NCBI RefSeq assembly: GCF_009914755.1
Contig: NC_060933.1
DNA length: 64,000 bases
Strand: one strand, 5' to 3'
Source of the DNA: the human T2T-CHM13v2.0 reference genome, Homo sapiens
Position 1 is the first letter of the stretch. Every line of letters starts with the position of its first letter. Both the position numbers and the translations under genes were made by a program. Under the pieces are notes generated by a model. It did not search any database and was not told where the DNA came from. It saw nothing but the letters and a program-made list of their open reading frames with translations. Below, piece after piece: positions 1 through 12,381 of this stretch.

Positions 1-200
1 TGGACAACATTGGAAAAGGAAGAATTGTCTTGGGACACACATAAAATACACTAACATTAACAATAGCTGATGAGCTAAAAAAGAAAATTGCAAAACAAAT
101 CTCCTAATGTTTTAAGAAAGTTTATGAATTTGTGTTGGGCCACATTCAAAGTGATCCTGGGCTGCATGCGACTCACAGGCTGTGGGTTTGACAAGCGTGG
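1..200 (+). mobile_element. MER30-like hAT/Charlie MITE (left end outside window)
   Basis: Matches remembered MER30 core 'agaattgtcttgggacacacataaaatacactaac...atagctgatgagctaaaaa...tttaagaaagtttatgaatttgtgttgggccacattcaaa' ending 'ggtttgacaagcgtg'. Confidence 0.85.
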
Positions 201-412
201 TGTAGCACTTTCCCCTTCTCTCTCTTCCTCCTCCTGTCATGAGATCTGCCTGCTTCCCCTTTGTATTCCACCATGACTGTAAGTTTCCCAAAGCCGCTCC
301 AGCCATGCTTTCTGTACTTCCTGAGGAATTGTGAATCAATCAAATCTTTTATCCTTATAAATGACCCGGTGTCATGTATTTCCTTATAGCAATGCAAGAA
401 TGGACTAATACA
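201..412 (+). mobile_element. MST-family (MaLR) LTR, 3' half
   Basis: 'ccatgactgtaagtttccca...ccagccatgct...ttatagcaatgcaagaatggactaataca' is the typical MST/THE1 LTR 3' terminus. Confidence 0.85.
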
Positions 413-429
413 ACTATCATTTATGTGTT

Positions 430-662
430 CCTGCTAATTTATGGCTTTAGTAGCTTCTGCCCCACATAAGCAACTCTTGGTTGCCTCTGTGTATAAACCT
501 GTCTCTCCAGATTTTAGGGTGAAAATTTACCCTGCAGCTTCCACTCTCTGCTGATTCCAGGAAAAGTCCTTGATTTTCAGATTGTTTGGTGTATCTTGTT
601 GTAAGACCAATGGTGATGGCTTTCAAGCTTTTTAAATGTGGATTTTGAATTTGGAAGTCTCC
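430..662 (-). mobile_element. Old L1M 5'UTR fragment
   Basis: 'ctctccagattttagggtgaaaatttaccctg...gatggctttcaagcttt...ggaagtc' resembles the reverse complement of L1MC/L1ME 5' ends; recognition only. Confidence 0.45.
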
Positions 663-723
663 TCTTATTACGGATTTAAGTTGCATTTCACATAGAGGTC
701 TTTTATATTAAAAAAAAAATGCT

Positions 724-1094
<371 letters not shown>

Positions 1095-1957
1095 TTAATG
1101 AGATTTAAATGGTGAAGTTTACCTTAATTGTATATGTATCCCTAATATCTGGCATTGTGCATTGCTCTTAGTATATGCTTGAAAAATCTATATTAATTTA
1201 ATAAAATAAATCCAGCAAAAGAAAATTACTCATCATTAAACTACAAATACTATGGAGTAAGATGAAGTCTTTAGCATCAAAAAGCTTTCAGTAAGATATT
1301 GACTGGAATATGTTTAATGACGATGCAAATTATTTCACATTTTGAACATTTACTATGTGAAAGTCATGATGAAAGCATTATAATAATTCATTAATCATCT
1401 AATACTAACAACTCTCCTACCATATCTCACCATCATACACTTAAGGGAACTGAAGTCTCAAAAAGCTAAACTGCCCAAGACTTTTTGGCCCCTTAACAGC
1501 AGAGCCAATCTAAGTCCAAAGAACTAGATTAGAATTAAGCTGTACCATGTAACAGCTCTGTGAACCAGTATGATAACCTTCATCTTGTTAAATCTCAAGA
1601 TTTCATCTAGAGTAATAAGGAAAATAATAGTTTTTATGTTCCTATTAGTGTTAAATGTGATTTAATGGATTTAATTAATATTAGTTTTTTCCTTTATGTC
1701 TTACAGTAGCTTAGAGAAAATGAAGATTAGTAAGATTATCCCTTTCTTAAACATTTCATTTTCTTACTTTTTTCCTCTGACTTTCTTATTTAGTCTTCTG
1801 GGACCACTGGTCCATAAGGCACCAAATTCTGGCTGGTTAGTAAAGGAGAATGGAAAGAAATCTGTTATTGTTAAGCCGATATTGATCCCTTGACTTCACT
1901 AGATGATCTAGAAGTAACTTATTGGCCCTTGATGCCTATTATTTTGAATCACAGAAT

Positions 1958-2790
1958 TTGTGCTTAAGTAGGGAGAACATCTTGAAAATATGAAGTTGCC
2001 ATTGAAAAAGCACAGTAGTCATCCTTAGCTGCAGGTCTGGAGTGGTCATATGGGCCAGTTTGGTATAGTGCTTAAGAGTATGAACTCTTGAATAAGATAA
2101 ATATGCACTCCTAAATCAGCATTACTATTTCCATATCTAGAAAATTGGAATTAAAAGCAACCATCTAAATAAAAATATTTTTATCTATGTGCATATTTAT
2201 TCCACAAATATTAATTGAGTTCTTTTCTAGGAAATTAACACAAAGCAATGAACAAAGTAGTCAAAAATCGCTATGGTCAGAAAACAAAAAAAAATGAAGT
2301 TCATAAGCCAACCTATTGTTGGTTGATAGATATAGTGGTAGTCTTATAGAAATTCTTTCCTGATTGTGGCATAGAGTAAATATTTGAAGGAACTCTAATA
2401 GGCGGGATAATTGATATTGAGCTTCTGTAATAAACAACTAAACTTAAGAACTTCATTTTTTTCTTTTCTGACCATAGTGATTTTTGACTACTTTGTTCAT
2501 TGCTTTGTGTTAATTTGCTAGAAAAGAACTCAGTTAATATTTGTGGAATAAATATGCACATAGATAAAAATATTTTTATTTAGATGGTTGCTTTTAATTC
2601 CAATTTTCTAGATATGGAAATAGTAATGCTGATTTAGGAGTGCATATTTATCTTATTCAAGAGTTCATACTCTTAAGCACTATACCAAACTGGCCCATAT
2701 GACCACTCCAGACCTGCAGCTAAGGATGACTACTGTGCTTTTTCAATGGCAACTTTATATTTTCAAGATGTTCTCCCTACTTAAGCACAA
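1958..2790. repeat. Long inverted repeat: arms 1958-2307 and 2443-2790, 135-bp spacer
   Basis: Hand alignment of left arm against reverse complement of right arm gives 6 substitutions and one 2-nt indel over ~350 bp; 1993-2214 pairs perfectly with 2534-2755. Confidence 0.98.
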
Positions 2791-3192
2791 GTAATTAACA
2801 ACTAACGTAGCTTAAACCAGCAAAAGAAAAAAAGAACTTTATTTCTTGCCCACAACACATTCCAGTATGTCAGGTTAGTATGGGAGCTTGTGGGAGGAGA
2901 CTCTGATTTATAACATCATTCAAGAACCAAGTCTGACAGAAGAACCTATAATCCTCAATCGTTTTAGTGCATGACAACAGGGATCGACCTGATTATTTCT
3001 ATCCAAAAAGTGTTTGGGAAATAAGACAGAACAGAAGATCATGCAGGATATTTTATGGGCAGGCCTGGGTGGATCAGTGTTCAGTCACATTCCCCCAAAT
3101 AACTACAGGTAAAGTCGGAAAATGTAGCTTTGCTGTGTGCCTAAAAAGAAAATAAAACGGATTTGGTAAACTCATAGCATTGTCTATATTAC
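2400..3192 (-). mobile_element. MLT1J/K-like MaLR LTR interrupted by the right arm of the inverted repeat
   Basis: 'gcttctgtaataaacaactaa' before the arm and 'gtagcttaaaccagc...ctttatttcttgcccaca...gaaaatgtagctttgctgtgtgcc...ggtaaactcatagcattgtctatattaca' after it are consecutive MLT1-type motifs. Confidence 0.6.
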
Positions 3193-3194
3193 AG

Positions 3195-3280
3195 GAAGCA
3201 AATGGGATAATGTTTGTAAAGCACCTGGCACACTGCCTGGCACATAATAAGCCTTCAATAAATGGAGGCTATTACTACCA
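3195..3280 (+). mobile_element. MIR 3' fragment
   Basis: 'aaatgggataatgtttgtaaagcacctggcacactgcctggcacataataagccttcaataaatg'. Confidence 0.75.
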
Positions 3281-3774
3281 CAGGAATTTTAATTTGTTAG
3301 AATATAACACATTTTTATTGAATTTGGGTAATTACAGAATGGAACATTTTGTTCTGCATAAACCCACTTGATTATAAGAATAGCAGTGCCATATTACATT
3401 TGCATTACGTTTTACTGTTTATGAAGCACTTCCATAGATATAATCTCACTTTGTTTTTTTTTTCTTTTCAGTACTCTATGAAACAGGTAGATAATATTCC
3501 TATTTAACCATAATCAAACACTTTTAGAGAGTGGTATCCTAGCCAAGGTATTACAGCTAATAAATGATAGAGACAAGATTCAAATCCAGATTGTTTTACT
3601 GTGAGGTCAGTTTATCTTATTATACCACCACTACCCAAATCACTAAAATCCACAACTGTTCTCTACTATTAAAAATTTGGTAATGATTCCTGTAAAAGCT
3701 GGGCGATCTGTGAGTCCCAAGTTTGTTTTTTATTGTGATTAAGAAACATCCTTTGTAAGTGCCTAATATCATAT

Positions 3775-4030
3775 TTCTTTTTAATTGATGCATAATATTT
3801 TACATATTTCGGTGGTACATGTGATAATTCATTGCATACATAGAATGTGTAATGAACAACTCAAAATATTTGGAGTTTCCATCACTTTGAGTATTTGTCA
3901 TTTCTATATGTTGAGAACATTTCAAATTCTCTCTTCTACTTACTTTGAAATATACAATACATTGTTGCTAAATATAGTCACTGTACTCAGCTTTAAACAT
4001 TAGGACTCAAAACTTCTATCTAAACGTATA
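3775..4030 (-). mobile_element. L1MA-type 3' end fragment
   Basis: 'tttacatatttcggtggtacatgtgata...acatttcaaattctctcttctacttactttgaaatatacaatacattgttgctaaatatagtcac'. Confidence 0.8.
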
Positions 4031-6649
4031 TTCTAAAGAAATTTATTTATTTACCTTTAAGATATTGGGTCTCATATTTTAAGAAGGACTTTGAAAAATG
4101 GGATCATGTCCAGAAAAGAAAAAGTAATGAGAAGGTGAGAATATCTGGAAACAATATTAAAAAAGTAATTTTTGGTGAAACTGTATATATTTATGTAGCA
4201 GAATAAAATATCAAGGAAAGACATAGCTATTGCATTCAAGTATTTGAAGGACTCCAGAGGAGGGTCCATAGTTACAATCATTTTTTGCATTCTAGATTTT
4301 TGATTATTTAAGTATATATTTTTCCATTTTTAAATCTCTACTGATGAGTGTGGTGCCTGGTACAGGGTAGAGACTCAGAAAATGCTGGGGGGAGAGTGGA
4401 ATAAGAATATATGTGATATATAGAATAAGCCACTTGTTAGACATGGCACAAATGCAAATGTCTGCTCCACATAAAGAGGAGCTATTGAACAAAAGGTGTG
4501 TTATGATCATGCAATTGAGTACCTTGTGATGTAATAAGCTTCCTGTCTCTGAAAATAGGAAAACGCATGTTAATAATTTCTGAATGAAGCAGAGAATTGC
4601 TAGTCAATCTCTGAGACTCTTTAACTCTAAGATTCCCTCAATACTTTTACACTAGTCTCATTTCATAAAAGACACATGGGTGAACACATGGAATGTAATC
4701 CTTCCGTTATGTGCCCACACCTGAAGTGCTCATTAACACCATCTGACAAACTTCTCTTCAGGGAAGCAGAGATAGCCCATCAGATCCTCATAGATTTTTC
4801 CATTATTAGCTTCTTATGTTCTCTCTTTGTGCTAGGTTTTCTCTTTCTCACCACACAATCTCACTTCCCCCAGGAAGTAATCTAACTATTTCTTTGGTGT
4901 CCCGAGTTTCTCTATATTTTCTTGGCCTTAAAGGACATATTCTGTTAGCTCTTCTCACATTATTATGATTCTCTGTATGTTATGAAATATCTTTCAATTG
5001 CATCTTGAAGGAATATCTCCTAAATGTCTTATGTTTACACTTTTACTTCCCTTACTATTTTATTCTTACATAGGTGAGAATAGAATTTTCTCCTGACATA
5101 TCATAGCCATTATCAATTAAAAGACATTATATCGCCACACATTGTCATTAATAATAATCTATCGAGTTTCAATAGCAGTTTATATAACATTTTCTTATTT
5201 ATATTATTTCCTTATCTTATTTCCTTCCAATAGTCCTATGAGACATAAAGGCAGTTCTTACTATTCCCATCTGACATGTAAGAAAACTAAAGCACAGTGA
5301 GGTTAAATGACAATCCAAAACCAGCCAGCTTGTTATTGGGAATTTCAGAAACAGAATCCACATCTTATTATTTATTCCCTTATACTTTTCCCAGCTGCAT
5401 GCCACCTTCTGTGGTTGCTCTCTTTTTGTCTCTATTCTGCCTGTGATATGACTCATCTCTGCTTACTCTCTCATAAAGAATCTTCTTTCTTTGGTTATCC
5501 TTTGAATTGGGAAACATTGCATATTGACAGAAAAACGGCTATTGAATGGAAACACAGAGACAAACTTGACACTCTGCATAAGACTTCAGCATTTCTGTTA
5601 CAAAGTTTGGGTTTAATGAGAGTCGCTTTTCTATCCTCACTAAATGTAGTGGATGAAGTTTCCATCTTAAGCATTAGTACCACTGCCTCAGATATAGTGC
5701 GGAGAGAAAAAGAAGGTAGGCCCTAAAGAAAGGGATATTGACAAGGGAGTCAATATCCCAAGGGAGATGACTCTCAGGTTCTCCCTACAGTCAGCTTCTC
5801 AAACATGAAACTCCAAGCTAAACTGTACACCTATCCTTAGCGTGTATCCATCACACAGGCTGTGGATTCTGAGAGCTTGAAAATTCTTAGACCAAAGCAC
5901 AAGACTGACTCAAGAAACATAAACTCTTTAATGCTCAGGGGATAGCATCATGGATTAGGCTGGCAGAAACTATGGGCGGCTGATACAGGGCAAGGGCCTT
6001 AGTAAGGCCTATTGCAGCTGTTTGTGGTGCTGACTGAAAACCAACCTTGGCGTTTAACCTGCTTAGTTCTGTGGTTTTAAATTCCAGTCATTGATGGAAA
6101 TACATCTAACATTTTATACTGATTCTGTCTGGACAATTGCTTATAATGGCTACTCAAATGTCCAAATAAATTAAACCCTTTGTGATTTCACCATTTGTGA
6201 TGAAACCTTTAATTTAGTTTCTAACTCAAATATTTTCTGTCTTGACATGCTTATTGTTTAAAACTTGACCTGTTTTATATTCTACTTCAGCCCCAACTTA
6301 AGCATATCTCTTGATTGAGCCATTTTCTCATTTGGAGAGCAATCACTTGGTACCTAACATGGACCAAACACAAGGGTAAGAGTTCGAGGTCTCATCCCCA
6401 TTCATTGTCTTCTTATGTAAAAAGGAGCATAGTATATCAAAGATTAGCTTTTGTTGGGCTTCGGTAGATTCCTCAAGGTGATTAGCATTTGGAAATTCAA
6501 AACTAAATGATTCATAGGAGCTCTAGGCTGAAATCGGTTTTTACTTTATTATCTTCTTCTGTGTACTTCCAGGTAGGACTCTCCCTTGAAATAGTCAAGA
6601 GATAGGAAAATGAAAACAGTTTTTTGATTTTAAAAATGGCAACCTAGGT

Positions 6650-6825
6650 ATTAATTGTCCTTGTAACCTTCGACAGTTTTGCTCCCTGGTGCCTCAGTTT
6701 CCTCCTTTGTAAAATAGCTATTGCTTCCTAGTGTTTTGCTAGAGTTAAATGTGATAATTAATGGAAAGGGCCTAGTGCAGAGTCAGGCACATAGTAAGTG
6801 CACAATAAATAGTAAATTATTATTA
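6650..6825 (+). mobile_element. MIR
   Basis: 'gtgcctcagtttcctcctttgtaaaatag...gttaaatgtgataat...ggcacatagtaagtgcacaataaat'. Confidence 0.8.
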
Positions 6826-6839
6826 TATATAAATCCTTA

Positions 6840-7985
6840 TTTTTTCTTTTTACTTCAGATAGTCACAGCTACTTTAATATTCATAATACACAGTCATCAT
6901 GTAGTTTATTACTTTCTCTGCATTTTACATTTATAATATTATTTCCCTCTCCTGACAGAGACCTATAAATTTTATTTTCAATTATTTCCTTCCAATATAC
7001 TTTTATATATTGATTTATGTTATGAAAGTATGAAAAATATATGGTTTGATGTGCATATTTATGACATTTAAATTATGACAAATTGTATTATATTGCAAAT
7101 ATTATTTTCATAAGGTTTTTTTCCTTAACATCATAGTTTGGGAAACAAACATCACCACATATATATTGCTCAGTCTTTCTGATCATTTAGTATATCTCTT
7201 GGACATGTGTTTCATTTAATTAATCTGCTCTCTTATTGATAGACCCTAGATTGCACCCAACTCTTTATGACCCTGTCTGAAATATGGACGGTGTACAATG
7301 GAATCCATGGCTTTTTGCGCATCTGTGTAAAAGTTTATCACAGGCCTATACGTAAGAGTACAGTTGCTATGCTTTAAATTATAGGCAAACTAATGAGATA
7401 AATGTCATGTGAGATTTTTCAGTGTGGCTTGTTAGCTTATGTCTCTCCCATCAGCAGTGTATGAGGGTTACCATTTTGGCCTATAATCACAATCATGCAG
7501 AATTGGTTTTTCTTCTTGTTGCCATTCTGATTTTGTAAAATCATGTCTTATTACTGCCGTAATTTGCATTATTCTTATCGGAATTGGGACTGAGGATATT
7601 TTCCAAGTAAGTAACCTTTCATATTTGTCCTCGTGTACTATCAAAATAATTTTCCCGCTTTTTTGGGGGGCATTGTAGGTTTTTTTTCTATTTTTCAGGA
7701 AATATAGTTAATTCTTTATCAGTCATTAATTTGGCAATTATCTTCTCTGAATATGACACCTGTATGTTAACTTTGTCTATAATGTCATGTGTTAAACAGT
7801 TATATTTAATTTTGATGTATTAAAATCCACCAGTGTTTTTCTTTGTGGTTTATGATTTTTTTGTCTTGATTTTCAAAATACTTCCTAAGTCTTATTTCTT
7901 TTAAAAGTTTAATTACTTTATCCTTCTTATTTAAGAATTGAATTCATGTGCAGTTCATCCTTGTATAGGGTGTGATGTAGAAGTT
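6840..7985 (-). mobile_element. Highly diverged L1ME-type 3' region
   Basis: T-rich antisense L1 motifs such as 'catcagcagtgtatgagggttaccattt', 'tttaattttgatgtattaaaatccacc', 'gtatagggtgtgatgtaga'. Confidence 0.6.
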
Positions 7986-8719
7986 ATGCTACCTTTGTTC
8001 ATTGTTAAGATAATTGGCTGTCGTGTTCATGGTTGTGGAAAGAGGTGCATGGTAGACAGTATGGATGGATAGGCTGTCCATCAGATACGGGTAAAATTTC
8101 CTTCTGTAATTTGATCCAAACAAGCTAAAATTCAGTTCTGATATCTAAATAGCTTTGACAATTTCAGTATTTTCTTTATAGTTTTTAGTTCTTGCGTATT
8201 CCTTACCAATTTTGTGGGTAAAAGAGATTTGAACTAGAAGTCAGAAATCTGGCTCTCTTTGTTAGCTTGGCCACTAGCTGTCTTTTCTTTCCCTATTTTA
8301 AACTAGAACACACACCCACATTTATGATGCAAGATAACAAAATGGGTGAGAACATATTTAGACTCACAAAAATAAGGACTCAGATTTAAATTCTGGTTCA
8401 GTCTTTCATTATTCTCATAAATTTTAGGAAGTATGCCTCTTAAATCTTGATTTCCTCATCTGTGAAACAACTGTGGAATACATAAAAGGTTTTGTGATGG
8501 TTAAATAGGGAGGGTTTGTTTACTTATTTGTTTATTACAAACCTGTATGTTTGTTATTGAGGATCATATCACACTTTTTCATCATATTTTCCCAGCAGGA
8601 GTCACACTGCTTGGCTCTTAATATATTTTCAGTATTTATTTGCTGAATCCTAAAAAGCAGGCTCAGATTTTAGATGATATTTTATTAATTTTTTTTTCTG
8701 ATTTTTCCATTGAATAGTA

Positions 8720-9230
8720 GTACTAGCTAACACTTGTAAAGCCTAAAATATGTACCAGACTGGGTTCTACAATCTTTGCATACTTAATTTGTCCTCATAG
8801 CAATGTTCTGACATATGTGCCAACAATAACCCCATTTTGAATGAAGAAAACTGAGGCAAAAAGAGGTGAGATAACTTGCTCAAGGTTTCATAGCTATTAA
8901 ATAGCATAGCCCATATTGAACCCAGACACTTTGTCCTCCAGAGTTTATGTTCATAGCTATTACACTTTGCAGCTTGTCTTTAGTGTTTGAACAAATCTGC
9001 AGGATTATTGAGAGCCTACAGAATAAGTTTGAATACCAGCTCTGCCTCCCACTCCCTGCTTGATCACCAACAAGTGGCTTGACTTTAGTAAGCCTCTGTT
9101 TTATTTTCTGCAAAATAAGAAAACAAATCACCCAGTTTCATAGAGTTCCTGTAAAGGCTAAATGAGATAATCCATATGAAGCATTTAGTACAGTGCCTGG
9201 GACATATGTATTTAATATACATTAATTAAT
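8720..9230. mobile_element. Two adjacent MIRs in opposite orientation (- at ~8720-8960, + at ~9020-9230)
   Basis: 'cccattttgaatgaagaaaactgaggc...aacttgctcaagg' and 'gtttgaataccagctctgcc...aaatgagataatccatatgaagcatttagtacagtgcctgg'. Confidence 0.75.
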
Positions 9231-9335
9231 ACAAGCATCATTGCAGGTACATGCATATTTCATCTTGCCTATAATTGAAAATAACCAAGGAAAATATTTC
9301 ATTTTTTAGCATTTACAAATCAGTCGGTAAATTGA

Positions 9336-9640
<305 letters not shown>

Positions 9641-10615
9641 CTAAATGATGTATTTTAATAATTGTCTCTATACTACCATCTCTACTCTGAGTATGCACCT
9701 AGTATACAGGTATCTTATTTGCTTTGGACCTCTGTGAAGGAGGGGGTTAAACTAGATTCTCTTTTAGTCTTTTCTTGACTGTGATCATCTATGAGATTTT
9801 AATGTGTAACCATGGAAGGTCAGGTTATCTGTGTGGGTGAGAAGTTTTTACAGTTATCCAGCAATGGTCTTGGATGATCTTAATTCTATTTTTATTGTTA
9901 TAAAAGCAGATCTCAATATCTCTCCATCCTGCCTCTTTCTCCTCTTCTCCATCAACCCTGATCAAGGTCATCTTGCTCTCTTTGGAAGCCCCAAACCTCC
10001 TGCCACTGGTTTAATGGTTGCTATAAGCAAAAGGCGAGTTATGAATGTGAAGTGTGTCAGCTACTAAAAGCCTGTGAATTAGAGTTTCCTTCCCCTATCT
10101 GTCATGCAGCATACTTTTATAAAGAAATAACTTATCCTTGCAAAAGGGCTGACCTGTCACCAATCTGCTCGGCTGCAGCAGGCCTAGCACCTCTTCATCA
10201 TGAACTGCTGAAAGAAGATGTCCTGTCTGTCCCAGGTGGGGTTCTCTCAGGGTCCCATGACATATTACAGCTTCTCTCAAGTCAAGGGAGGTTTTGAAAG
10301 GGTAGATTACTCTTGATTTGAAAACTGATCTCAATTTTGTTCCAAAGAATATTGGCATGCTTGCACTCAGAAACCTTGAATCTCCACACTTCCATAACTC
10401 TTTTTACCCCCACCTTTCACATCAGCTTCCCTTTGGGGCCCTAAGAGTCTGTATACTCTCCCTGGAAGTTCTGAGGGACACATCTGCTCTTAGCACTTTG
10501 TGTCACTTTGTCCCATTTTTTAAGGAATGACTAGCTAGCACACCATTGTCTCTAGTCATATAAAATTATACAGAACTTTATACAAGATTTTGGAATTTTC
10601 CAAGCATTGTCATGA

Positions 10616-10930
<315 letters not shown>

Positions 10931-11864
10931 TAATCATTTTCTCAATTTAATCTCACAACATCTTTTGTATTTCTTGAGAAATACTTTACAAATTTTGCTT
11001 CTCCTATTTTACAGATTTATGAACCGAGGCCCAGAGAGGTGAATTTCCTTGCCCCTAGTGACTTACCTTATAAGTGATAGACACACTGACATGCTCAACA
11101 TAATCCCCAGTCTTCAATTCTCTAGCTGGTGCTCTTTATTTCTGCAGCTCGGCATATTTAACTAACTTTGCCGGACTATATGTTACTTTGTGCCCCTTGA
11201 GCTGACTGTCTCCTACATGATTATTTTAAGCACAAGGGAAGTAGGAACTGATCATGCTGGCAGCAAAGATCCTAAGCTTTTCCCCTGATATGGGGGAATG
11301 TTTGTGCTTCTGGAGTCAGGATTCAGCATTTAAGTACTTAATATTTTTATAGGGAGATCTCAGAGCACTTTCAACACAAGGGTAGACATCTTTGTAGGTA
11401 AAAAAGACAATAAGGTGAGATAAGATAAACCCTTGCTCTGGGCAAGTTGCTGAAGTCCATCAGTGAAATTAGGGGCCTTTAAAAAGAGTAAGTAGAATCT
11501 CACAAAGGCTTCAGGGTATACTATTAGTGGTGCTGGGAGTGATGGAAGGGCTCCAAGCACCAGACATGTAAGTCATGGACAGTTTCACCAATAGCAAGCC
11601 ACTCTTAACTCTTAGGCCAAATGGTGATTCTGTAAATGTTCTCCACAAGACACAGCACAGCAAGTCAGTGGGGCTCTAAGAGAATCTACCTTGACATGGT
11701 TAAGGCCGAAAGTACATTAGCATCTTCTGATATGCTTTTGTTATTAAATAAATGCTAGTAGCTACTTTTTGAACAGCTGCCAATCTTTGCCCTGTATTGG
11801 AGCTACCATATGTCTGCTGCATCCACTTGCAAGGACTTAACACTGGGTCTCAATTTTATTTCGT

Positions 11865-11985
11865 AAAAGCATACTGGAATGCCTGTTTAAAATGCAGATC
11901 TAGGAACCCATTTCCACAAATTCTTATTAATTTTTACTCTACATTTTTAACAAGTGGCCCGGATTATTTTCATGCAGACCATTCA
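11865..11985. mobile_element. MER5-like hAT fragment
   Basis: 'ctggaatgcctgtttaaaatgcagatctagg...catttttaacaagtggcccggattatttt'. Confidence 0.55.
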
Positions 11986-12320
11986 TATTCTACATATTAT
12001 AAAATGTGCTTTTACTTATTGACCTTGAATGGGAGTAATATACTGGGGAAGGGGTGGAGTGAAGCTTGTTAAACACATGAAGCAATACAGGGAGAATGCA
12101 GGGGTTCTTCCCCTAAGGCCAGGTGGTCTTAATGTTGAGCACATGTTTAGAATTATCTACTGGCTTCTAAACTATGCTCCTGTCCACGCCCAAACCAAAC
12201 TAATTGAATCTTGAACGTGTTTCACCTACACATTGGTGTTTTCTAAAGATCTTACTCCAAATGATTACCAATCAGGGGAGAAAATCACCAGAGTCTAGAT
12301 GATGGCCCCAACCATGTAGA

Positions 12321-12381
12321 TGTGTGCCTAATTCGCAAGGGATCTTTTCTGTGTGCCTAATTCACAGGGATCTTTTCTGTG
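12321..12381 (+). repeat. Tandem duplication, 29/28-bp unit x2
   Basis: tgtgtgcctaattcgcaagggatcttttc + tgtgtgcctaattcacagggatcttttc + tgtg. Confidence 0.92.

Noticed and set aside
1958-2790. Inverted repeat as a MITE or DNA transposon with long TIRs
   Set aside because: The direct duplication flanks only the right arm, not the whole unit, and the arms consist of ordinary flanking DNA.
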